Of a DNA stretch of 64,000 bases, positions 1-8,640 are shown one piece after another. This stretch comes from a bacterium. GTDB taxonomy: Bacteria; Bdellovibrionota_C; UBA2361; CALJRW01. Position numbers and translations under genes: made by a program. Each line of letters starts with the position of its first letter. The stretch's first letter is position 1. The notes below the pieces were generated by a model, which saw only the letters and a program-made list of their open reading frames with translations, did not search any database and was not told the origin of the DNA. The stretch is taken from the NCBI GenBank assembly GCA_031385045.1, contig JANNBC010000052.1:1-64000 (forward strand), in the 5' to 3' direction.

Positions 1-482
1 TTTTTTTATTGACTAACTTTATACTTAACTTTAAACCTATTTCTAGACATTAAATTAGACTGATTAAAGTGGACATTGATTGTCGGAATACTGGACACTG
101 ATTTACTGGAATCGGGTGGACACTGGTACTGGAATACGCAATAAGATAGCAAGCATCCTTTCGAGCACTTTAATACATAATTAAGATTCCTTCTGCTCAA
201 TTTGAAAACTCTTAAAATAATCTTAAATTGTGCTGTAGGAATGATGAAGCTAAGGCCAAAAGGGAAGCTGCGTATGTTAAATAGTTACCAAAAGGATCAG
301 ATCTTAGATAAAAAATCTTAAAACACTACTGAAGTCATTCCAGGAGGATAAGAAAACACTAGTTATATTAAATGGTTACACTGTAATAATGAAGATTTGT
401 AAAATAGCTAGTTCTCTCACTATAATTTAAAAGAACCCTCTGACCGATAAAGTTTATCTAAGATCTAGCCGATATAACCACT

Positions 483-3479
483 ATGAACAGATTTACCAAA
501 CTTATTTATTTAGCAGTTTTACTAACTGCAACTAATCTATCTGCTCAGCTTACAATTAGCTCACCGGCAACTGATACTAAGATATATTCCTGCGATGATT
601 TCTTTACAACGAAATTAAATAATCCTGCCGATATGAATGAGACTACGGATATTCTCAATCGATTCCCAGGAGTTGATGTGAGCGGAGTAACAAACACAAG
701 TTTCAGTGGTGGTGTTTTCAACTTTGATACCACAAACACAGCATCAACTCTCTACTTGTTTGCTCCACGGGCCTGTGGATCTTATGCGAAAGAAGAACGA
801 GAGGGGCCAAACTTAAACATTGATACTTCTAAGTATAAAAAATTTGCTATCCGGATGTATTCTAGCATTAATGATGATTTAGGATTTCGATTTATTTGGG
901 ATCGGGGTTGCAACTATGCTAACGATCGATCTGTTACTGTACCTTTCGCAATCAAACAAGGTTGGCATACTTACGAAGTAGACTTAACAACTATCGCAAT
1001 CGATCCAGGAACCAATACTAACACTTGGGCCTCAGGTAATATTAATGGCTTCGCGATTTTACCAACTGTGACTTCTGGAACTAACATCAAAATTGATTGG
1101 ATCACCCTTTACGATGCCAGTAGCTGTAGTTCTGGTAGCTCGAGCTATAATTTTTCAACAACTGCTAATAATAGCCTGGCAAATATTTGGTTAGATGATG
1201 ATCTAAATCCGTTTAATGGATATATTAAAAAAATTGCCTCTGCCACAACAGATACAAGCGATTCGCTTAGCTTTTCTGCGCCAGTTTTTCCAGGAAATTT
1301 TAATATTATTGGATTACTCGATTCTGATTATGCCACATTAGAGAAAGATAATCCCTGGGATATGAACAGCTCCGATGATATTCTTGTTACTTCTAATATT
1401 AGTAATATTAGCTATACATCTGGCTTACTACAAGGAACGACTACCGCAAGTGGACCAAATATCTATTTGAAAGTTGGAGACTCTGGAATTGATGCTAGTA
1501 AATATTCTAAAGTATCATTTAAAGTCCAAGGCAGTACTCAAGCTCTGGTAATCTGGAATGGATCTAGCAGTGGACAAAAGACTCTTACCTCACCAACTGG
1601 AGATTTTCAGTATGACCTAGATAGCAACGCAAATTGGTCTGGGACTATAAATAATTTAATTATTAGACCAGTAACTACAAGTGGGACAAACTTCGCCTTA
1701 GACTTTGTTTCTCTTCGGGCAAGTGGCTATGACACTTCACGTGATGCCGATTCGCTTGTTTCAAGTATTGTATCTTCGGCTGGAACAATTACTGTTAACA
1801 ACCAACCTTATTTGAAGATTTTACAACCAGACTTTAAAGGTGGTGAATCTGTAAAAGTTTGGAACATGAATCAAAAGGATATTGTTTTAACAGAGAATTT
1901 AGCAACAGGGACTGACCCAAATTATCCAACAGAAGATAGTAATAGCTTTCTTCCCGATGTCAGATTAGTTAATAATTTACGAGGAGACTTTTTTAAAGGA
2001 ACGAGTAAAGCTGCTGATGATGATCCTGCTGTCTGGTTAAGTTTTCCTCTATATAACGAAAACCCCCTGACTTTTGACTCCAGTGAGTATAAAAATCTAT
2101 GTTATAAGATCTTAGTTGATACACCATTTGACTTAGGAGCCGGCTCTGTTGTTCGGGTAATTTATAAATTAGCTGGTGGTGGGTTTCAAGTGACAGAAGA
2201 TTTAGTACTTAACTACGATGTTTGGGATGGAACACCTTGGGAAGAGTATTGTGTAGATATGTCAAAAGTATGGCTTGATGGAACTGAGTCTGCAAACTGG
2301 ACGGGAACGATTGATGCCTTTCGAATCGATCCACATGAATTTCATTATCCTGATACTAAAGTAAGTTTTTATCTCGACTATGTAAAACTTCGAAAAAACG
2401 ATCGAGCTGATAATAATTTTCAAATTGTATATGAATTATCAGATGAAGATCTAACAGACGATCCTGAAGTTCAATTTTACTACAACACTACCAATACTAG
2501 TATTGGTGGAACACTAATTAACACTACAGCCCTTAAGTCATCCGATGCTACTAGAACTTTAGCTTGGGACACAACAGGCATCGCTGATGGCACCTACTAT
2601 GTATATGGCATCGCAACAGATGGTGTAAATTCCACTAGCAGGATTTCTTCTGGACCAGTTGTAATTAAGAATACTGGCGCAACCCAAGAAAGTCCGATTC
2701 TCTTCTTAGAATCCGTCTCGGAGGGGATGAATACCTGCAATCAGTTACAAGTGAAGGGATATTCATTACTATCAAATAAAATTGAAGATGTTGCGTTGGT
2801 TGAAATCATTATTGATGGTGAGCTTTATGGGGTTACTTACCCTGAAAGTTATAGTCCGCTGGCCAAGTCAACTTATCCAGATAGTAATTCCAGTAATTCA
2901 GGACTTGATTATTTAGTAGATACCACAGGTCTGGCAATCGGTGCTCATACCTTAACTATTAACGCCGTATCAAGTACTAAGAAAACTACTAAGAATTATA
3001 ATTTTACTAAATCAACTAGCTCTTGCCCAAGTGTTGTTACAGATGCCTCACCAAGCGGCACACCAATCGCAGCCGCAGATTCGATGACTCCTCCAGCAGA
3101 ACCAAAAGTAGCGATCGCACCAAGTGTTGCAAAAATATCTTATGATTCTAAAGGAACACTTAAATTTACTTTACAAAAATTATTAGAATCAGATGTTAGT
3201 AGCTGTAGTTTTGATTTAGAAGTAGCGACAACAAAAAAGAAATTTACTAGCCCATTTAAAACTTATACCGCGCGTAAAGCCACTTACAGCATTGTGACAA
3301 AGAAATTATTAATTAATAAACGTAAATTAAGTAAATTTTACTTAAAAGTCACAAAAAATTGTGATGGGTATGATCCTATTAGTAGAACCAGTAAGGCAAT
3401 CGTTCCACTAACTACTACGGGAATTAAAGATATCCCTAAATTAAGTAGTGCTTTAAGTAAGAAAATTAAGTTGAAGTAG
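483..3479 (+). CDS. Secreted/surface protein with three repeated carbohydrate-binding-like (jelly-roll) modules, Ig-like segments and a Lys-rich C-terminal domain
   Basis: 998-aa ORF; signal peptide (MNRFTKLIYLAVLLTATNLSA); Ser/Thr-rich; three internal repeats (DMN/NMN..D, I/F-D.S.Y, W.G.I....P, D[WFY][IV].L). Function inferred only. Confidence 0.7.
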   Translation: MNRFTKLIYLAVLLTATNLSAQLTISSPATDTKIYSCDDFFTTKLNNPADMNETTDILNRFPGVDVSGVTNTSFSGGVFNFDTTNTASTLYLFAPRACGSYAKEEREGPNLNIDTSKYKKFAIRMYSSINDDLGFRFIWDRGCNYANDRSVTVPFAIKQGWHTYEVDLTTIAIDPGTNTNTWASGNINGFAILPTVTSGTNIKIDWITLYDASSCSSGSSSYNFSTTANNSLANIWLDDDLNPFNGYIKKIASATTDTSDSLSFSAPVFPGNFNIIGLLDSDYATLEKDNPWDMNSSDDILVTSNISNISYTSGLLQGTTTASGPNIYLKVGDSGIDASKYSKVSFKVQGSTQALVIWNGSSSGQKTLTSPTGDFQYDLDSNANWSGTINNLIIRPVTTSGTNFALDFVSLRASGYDTSRDADSLVSSIVSSAGTITVNNQPYLKILQPDFKGGESVKVWNMNQKDIVLTENLATGTDPNYPTEDSNSFLPDVRLVNNLRGDFFKGTSKAADDDPAVWLSFPLYNENPLTFDSSEYKNLCYKILVDTPFDLGAGSVVRVIYKLAGGGFQVTEDLVLNYDVWDGTPWEEYCVDMSKVWLDGTESANWTGTIDAFRIDPHEFHYPDTKVSFYLDYVKLRKNDRADNNFQIVYELSDEDLTDDPEVQFYYNTTNTSIGGTLINTTALKSSDATRTLAWDTTGIADGTYYVYGIATDGVNSTSRISSGPVVIKNTGATQESPILFLESVSEGMNTCNQLQVKGYSLLSNKIEDVALVEIIIDGELYGVTYPESYSPLAKSTYPDSNSSNSGLDYLVDTTGLAIGAHTLTINAVSSTKKTTKNYNFTKSTSSCPSVVTDASPSGTPIAAADSMTPPAEPKVAIAPSVAKISYDSKGTLKFTLQKLLESDVSSCSFDLEVATTKKKFTSPFKTYTARKATYSIVTKKLLINKRKLSKFYLKVTKNCDGYDPISRTSKAIVPLTTTGIKDIPKLSSALSKKIKLK

Positions 3480-3639
3480 CCTTTACCTCATAGCAATAGA
3501 TGGTAAATGGCTCTGTTGCTCATTAAAACTTAAAAAATGTGAGAAACTGGTCAAATAGTAGGGCGTAGCAACTGCCTACCTAAAAAGATAACTACCTGAA
3601 TAGTTTGATAAATAGCTTCATTACTGATAAAAAAAGTTT

Positions 3640-6012
3640 ATGGAGAACCAAGAAATTTTAAACCTGAAGAAAAAGCTCTCAACTCTAGAGCTTGAAAATA
3701 AATGGTTAAATGATGAGAACCTCAAACTAAAAAAAGCCATCACTTCCATCCATAACTCTAAGTCGTGGAAAATAACTACTCCGCTACGATTTGTAATGCA
3801 AAAAATTTCCCGACCAAAATGGTTTTTAGCCCAATTAGGGCAAATTTATTGTTTTCAAAAGTATACCTTCAACTTCAATTCAATTAATTCAAAATTTCAA
3901 ACAAGTAAAAAATTAGCTAGTGGGCGATTTGAAATAATCACAACTAGCAAAGAAATGATGGCAGTCAATTTTCATTATGAATATGCTCCTGAAGGAAAGG
4001 GAGTTTATTTAATTAGCATTGCTCCCCGTAGCGAGACACAAAGACAAATCATTAATTTACCGGCGGGAGTTCATTCCATCCGAATTGAACCACTAAATCC
4101 CAAACAAGATAAAATTAGTTTTTCAAGTTTTGAACTTGTTCAAGTTGGGATGCTCCAGTTTATCAACTATAAACTAACAGCGAAGTATGGAGAGCATTGG
4201 TTAACAATAGCTAACTTACAAAGCATCATCAAAACAATAACTAAAAAAATTAAACTTCACGGAATACGTGGCCTATTAAATAGCTCTAGTGGCAATGATA
4301 ACTATCCACTTTGGGTGCAACAATTTGATACTTTAGATGATACAGAAAAGCGCAAACAGCTAGTAGAACAGGCAAATTTTGACTACCGCCCCTTGGTCTC
4401 AATTATTATGCCGACCTATAACACACCAGCAGAGTTTCTAATTAAAGCTATCCAGTCAGTAATCAAGCAAACTTATGCTAACTGGGAACTCTGTATCGCT
4501 GATGATTGCTCAACTACAATAGAAACAAAAGATGCCATTAAAGAGTTAGTCAAAAAAGACGCACGAATCAAAGCCACTTTTAGGGAAAAGAATGGTCATA
4601 TCTCAGCTGCTAGTAACTCAGCTATCGAGTTAGCAAACGGAGAATTTTTGGGTTTTCTAGATCATGACGATGAGCTCGCTCCGCAAGCATTATTTGAAGT
4701 AGTCAGGAAATTAAATATCAAGGATCAAGAAATAAATTTAATTTATTCTGATGAAGATAAGATTAACGTTCAAGGTCAAAGACTAAATCCATATTTTAAA
4801 CCTGATTTTAACTATGAACTTTTTTTACAACAAAACTATCTCTGCCATTTCTGCGTAATTAGAAAATCAGTAATTGACTCTGTGCAAGGCTTACGGCTTG
4901 GACTAGAAGGAGCTCAAGACTGGGATTTATTACTAAGAGTAATTGAAAAAATTGATCGTCAAACAATTAAACACATTCCTAAAATCCTATACCATTGGAG
5001 AATTATTCCCACGTCTACTGCTTCTAGTACTTCAGCAAAACCATATGTAATGGAGGTGCAAAAAAAAGCTGTTAGCGAGCATTTAGAGCGCCGACAGATC
5101 AAAGCTGAAGTTTCCATCATTGAAGATATTTCTCAATTAAAAGTTACTTATAGTTTACCCGAGAAATTACCATTGATTTCTTTAATCATTCCAACAAAAG
5201 ATCGCGCCGATCTGTTAGAGATGTCTGTAGGCTCAATCTTATCCCAATCCACTTATCAAAACTTTGAAATCATTATTGTTGATAATAATAGTTCCAAAGA
5301 AGAGACCTGGGCGTACTTTAATAAAATCCAAGCACAGGATTCTCGGGTGCGAGTTGTGAAAGATGAAGGTGATTTTAATTACTCTCGAATTAATAATTCA
5401 GCAGTTGCTGTAGCTAACGGGGAGATTATTGGACTAGTAAATAATGACATTCAAGTAATCACAGCAAATTGGTTAGAAGAAATGTTAGGATTGCTACTTC
5501 AGGAAGATGTTGGAGCTGTGGGAGCAAGACTTTATTGGCCAAACAACTTATTGCAACACGGTGGAGTGGTGCTAGGAATTAATAGTATTGCTGGCCACTC
5601 TCACAAAGGAAGAATTAGAGGAGATGTTGGATACTTCAACCGTATTATTCTAAATTCAGAATTTTCTGCAGTAACAGCTGCTTGCTTACTAACAAAGAAA
5701 AGTCTTTTTGAGCAAGTTGATGGACTTGATGCCTACAATTTACAAGTAGCCTTTAATGACGTGGACTACTGCCTAAAGTTAGGTAGCTTAGGTTATCGTA
5801 TTATTTATTCCGCTTATGCAGAAATGTATCACCATGAATCTGCCAGCCGTGGCTACGAAGATAATCCAGAGAAAGTAGCTCGAGCAGAAAAAGAAATTAG
5901 CTACATGCAAAATAAATGGAAAGAGCTACTATTTAATGATCCTTGCTATAATCCAAACCTAACACTAATTACAGAAGATTTTGGCTTATCCTTTCCACCG
6001 CGCAATAAATAG
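3640..6012 (+). CDS. Tandem GT2-GT2 glycosyltransferase with N-terminal coiled coil (rhamnosyltransferase-like)
   Basis: Two GT-A domains (VSIIMPTYN..ADDCS..FLDHDDEL; ISLIIPTKD..VDNNS..LVNND..AFNDVDYCL); N-terminal heptads followed by SKSWKITTPLR. Confidence 0.9.
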   Translation: MENQEILNLKKKLSTLELENKWLNDENLKLKKAITSIHNSKSWKITTPLRFVMQKISRPKWFLAQLGQIYCFQKYTFNFNSINSKFQTSKKLASGRFEIITTSKEMMAVNFHYEYAPEGKGVYLISIAPRSETQRQIINLPAGVHSIRIEPLNPKQDKISFSSFELVQVGMLQFINYKLTAKYGEHWLTIANLQSIIKTITKKIKLHGIRGLLNSSSGNDNYPLWVQQFDTLDDTEKRKQLVEQANFDYRPLVSIIMPTYNTPAEFLIKAIQSVIKQTYANWELCIADDCSTTIETKDAIKELVKKDARIKATFREKNGHISAASNSAIELANGEFLGFLDHDDELAPQALFEVVRKLNIKDQEINLIYSDEDKINVQGQRLNPYFKPDFNYELFLQQNYLCHFCVIRKSVIDSVQGLRLGLEGAQDWDLLLRVIEKIDRQTIKHIPKILYHWRIIPTSTASSTSAKPYVMEVQKKAVSEHLERRQIKAEVSIIEDISQLKVTYSLPEKLPLISLIIPTKDRADLLEMSVGSILSQSTYQNFEIIIVDNNSSKEETWAYFNKIQAQDSRVRVVKDEGDFNYSRINNSAVAVANGEIIGLVNNDIQVITANWLEEMLGLLLQEDVGAVGARLYWPNNLLQHGGVVLGINSIAGHSHKGRIRGDVGYFNRIILNSEFSAVTAACLLTKKSLFEQVDGLDAYNLQVAFNDVDYCLKLGSLGYRIIYSAYAEMYHHESASRGYEDNPEKVARAEKEISYMQNKWKELLFNDPCYNPNLTLITEDFGLSFPPRNK

Positions 6013-6044
6013 CGGAACTAGAGCTTAGTTCTAATTAAGTTATT

Positions 6045-6114
6045 ATATAGTTATGACAAAAAGTAATTTTCGAGTATTTAAAAATTAGCTTAGTGGTTTT
6101 TGTCATAACTATAT
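6045..6114. repeat. Perfect 18-bp inverted repeat between convergent genes (MITE-like or bidirectional terminator)
   Basis: ATATAGTTATGACAAAAA (6045-6062) / TTTTTGTCATAACTATAT (6097-6114), with an inner TAATTTT/AAAATTA stem. Confidence 0.75.
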
Positions 6115-6160
6115 GATTTTATCATCCCTCCGGGGGATAGTAAGCCCCAAAAAGTCATTC

Positions 6161-7138
6161 CTAACGGAAATTACTTTTTGGACTTACTATATATTTAGAA
6201 AGTTTGGGTACCGAGGAGATATCGTAGTTAAGAAAAGCAAGAACAAATTGTAATCCCATTAAGATTGGTAAGGCTGCTAACATCACAGTTCCAGCAGGAG
6301 TTACAGCTCCAATAATCGCGGAATCATACCATCTGGACAATCCAAAGATTCCCCCAATAACAATTAAAAAGATACCTAGGGGCAATTCGATTGAAGCTAG
6401 GGACATATCTCTTAAATAATAATTATAAAAAACTCGCTTTACAAAATTTCGACAATGTTTAAAGAAAAACTCTCCGATAACTTTAGAAATTTTTAGGTTA
6501 CTTACCTCGTCAGCATACCTAGCATCCATCGGCATATCGACAACAACAGCTCTTAAGATGTTTAAACGAAATAAGATATCTGTTTCAAAAAAGTACCTTG
6601 AACTAATTTTATCAAAGGGCAATTGTTTGGCGACACTTGTGCTAATTGCTGTATAACCATTTGTTGGATCAAATAAATCCCAGTACCCAGTAGAAAGTTT
6701 TGCCATGAGAGAAAGAACGGCATTGCCAAGTAAGCGAATGCTAGGCATTTGTGTAATCTTTTCTAAATTAAAAAAACGATTTCCCTTCACGTAATCGGCT
6801 TGACCAGACAAAATGGGATGAACAATATTAGCAATTAAGGCTGGATCCATTTGACCATCGCCATCAACTTTCACAATCACATCAGCACCTTCAGTAATTC
6901 CTCGTTGATATCCAGCCATTACAGCCCCACCAACGCCAAGATTCTCTTGATTATAAATAATAGTAACTCGTGGATCGCTTAAATTTTTCTCTGCAAATAA
7001 ACCACTTTGCTCCGGGCAGGCATCATCTACAAGATAAATTTTCCAAACATAATCAGGCATCTCACTAATAACTTGTAAGATCTGTTGCTTAACTTTATAG
7101 GCAGGAATAACAACCGCAATTTTATGACTAGCAATCAT
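6161..7138 (-). CDS. GT2 polyprenyl-phosphate glycosyltransferase (DPM1/GtrB-like) with two C-terminal TM helices
   Basis: IAVVIPAY, VDDAC, KVDGDGQMDP, DPTNGY motifs; hydrophobic C-terminus. Confidence 0.88.
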   Translation of the reverse strand: MIASHKIAVVIPAYKVKQQILQVISEMPDYVWKIYLVDDACPEQSGLFAEKNLSDPRVTIIYNQENLGVGGAVMAGYQRGITEGADVIVKVDGDGQMDPALIANIVHPILSGQADYVKGNRFFNLEKITQMPSIRLLGNAVLSLMAKLSTGYWDLFDPTNGYTAISTSVAKQLPFDKISSRYFFETDILFRLNILRAVVVDMPMDARYADEVSNLKISKVIGEFFFKHCRNFVKRVFYNYYLRDMSLASIELPLGIFLIVIGGIFGLSRWYDSAIIGAVTPAGTVMLAALPILMGLQFVLAFLNYDISSVPKLSKYIVSPKSNFR

Positions 7139-7160
7139 GAATAAGAATTAGCAAAGACGA

Positions 7161-8546
7161 CTAGTTAATATAATATCTAACTAGGAGAACATTAATTAAT
7201 GAATATACAGAAAATAAGAAGATTGGAAAAGTAAATAATGCATAAGTAAGTATTCGCCAGCGTGCTGGAGGAAGAGATGTTGGAAAAAAGCCATAAGCCA
7301 TAAAAATAACTGGTAGAATAAAATATCGTCCTTGAATACCTTCAATAATTTTAACTGGATGAGTAGTACTCCAAGTTACTAATAATAAGAAGAATACGAG
7401 GATGACTGAAGTAGCACCGACTAACAAAAGAAAAAATCTAGGAGAGAGAAAGAATTTTTTAACAGATATTTTTTTGATTTCCATTAAGTTAATTGAGATT
7501 AGGGCACTAAGTGCTAGTAAGACACTCCAACAAAAATAAACCTTAGCCGGTAATACCGTATCTCCCCAACCTAAATTCCCAATAAATGCTCTGATAAAAT
7601 CCTTATACTTGGCAGCTGTCGTATCCCAAATCAGATCAAAAAATTCACGCGGAGCCATCAAATAATATTTAATTGCATCGATCGTAGAAATCTCTCTTGT
7701 TAGTCTCAGATCTACTGTAGAAACAAGTCCATATAGAATCCAAAAAATTGTAAATGTACTTACAGCAACAAAGCTGCTCACTCGAAAAGTTTTTTCTGAT
7801 GAATGACTAGTTAGCAGTAATAAAGGTAGTCCCAAAACTGGCAACAGATGGGGGCGAGTAGATGATAATAAACCAAGTAAGCTTAGAAATAAGACAAATT
7901 TACCTCGGTGGCTATCAGATGAATTATATAATTGAAAGAATAGACTAATCGCCAAGATTGCAATTCCGACGGAAAGCCCGTCAATACTCGTAGAAACATA
8001 CTGAAACAAACAGATTGGTAAAGCTATAATTGTAAGCAAAAATAATGGAGGTGAGTGAATTGAGAAAGCAATTCCGAGGAGCAGAATAATTGAAATGAAA
8101 ACAACAGTTCTTGATAAAAAATAAGTATGTAATATTTTCAAGTCTAATAATTGGCCAACACTAATACCAATAGTAGCTGGTAAATAAATTAGTGGAAAAT
8201 AATATCCAGTTCCAGGCAGTATGTTAAATACTCGTTCCTTACTCCAAGTAAGATTCTTCTGCATTTGGCGCGTTGTTTGTGTAACTTTCAACTCAGGATG
8301 AAAAGGTATTCCATTATAAATTAGCATAAACTTCTCCAGCTGCTGATCAATCAATCCACCAGAACTCTTACCTTCGGGAGTTGAAAGCAATAGATCTCCT
8401 TGGCTTAAGAGATAAGCTCTCCGAAAATGATCGAACTCATCCGGCGATTGCATTGGAGGAACTATTAGGAGAAGCATCAAAGCAACAGAAAAAATACCAT
8501 AAATCAGATAAAGATTACTTGCATGAATTTTTGAAAATAATTGCAT
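7161..8546 (-). CDS. DUF2142-like polytopic membrane protein (putative GT-C glycosyltransferase)
   Basis: PPMQSPDEFDHFRRAY after TM1, YFPLIYLP, IGNLGWGD and GIQGRYFILP motifs; about 10 TM segments. Confidence 0.8.
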   Translation of the reverse strand: MQLFSKIHASNLYLIYGIFSVALMLLLIVPPMQSPDEFDHFRRAYLLSQGDLLLSTPEGKSSGGLIDQQLEKFMLIYNGIPFHPELKVTQTTRQMQKNLTWSKERVFNILPGTGYYFPLIYLPATIGISVGQLLDLKILHTYFLSRTVVFISIILLLGIAFSIHSPPLFLLTIIALPICLFQYVSTSIDGLSVGIAILAISLFFQLYNSSDSHRGKFVLFLSLLGLLSSTRPHLLPVLGLPLLLLTSHSSEKTFRVSSFVAVSTFTIFWILYGLVSTVDLRLTREISTIDAIKYYLMAPREFFDLIWDTTAAKYKDFIRAFIGNLGWGDTVLPAKVYFCWSVLLALSALISINLMEIKKISVKKFFLSPRFFLLLVGATSVILVFFLLLVTWSTTHPVKIIEGIQGRYFILPVIFMAYGFFPTSLPPARWRILTYALFTFPIFLFSVYSLINVLLVRYYIN

Positions 8547-8640
8547 TTTGATATTTTATCTTAAATCCAAAAGAGATACTAAAAATTCTTTAGTTTTTCT
8601 TAACAACTCAGTAATCTCTAATCTCGCCTAGTTTCTGACC

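Noticed and set aside
6..200. 64-aa minus-strand ORF at the window start
   Set aside because: TTG start, no RBS or motif; could be decayed coding sequence but cannot be supported.
3558..3579. GGGCGTAGC resembling an ops/JUMPstart element upstream of the first GT
   Set aside because: Lacks the GGCGGTAG core and the upstream JUMPstart half; more simply a small hairpin.
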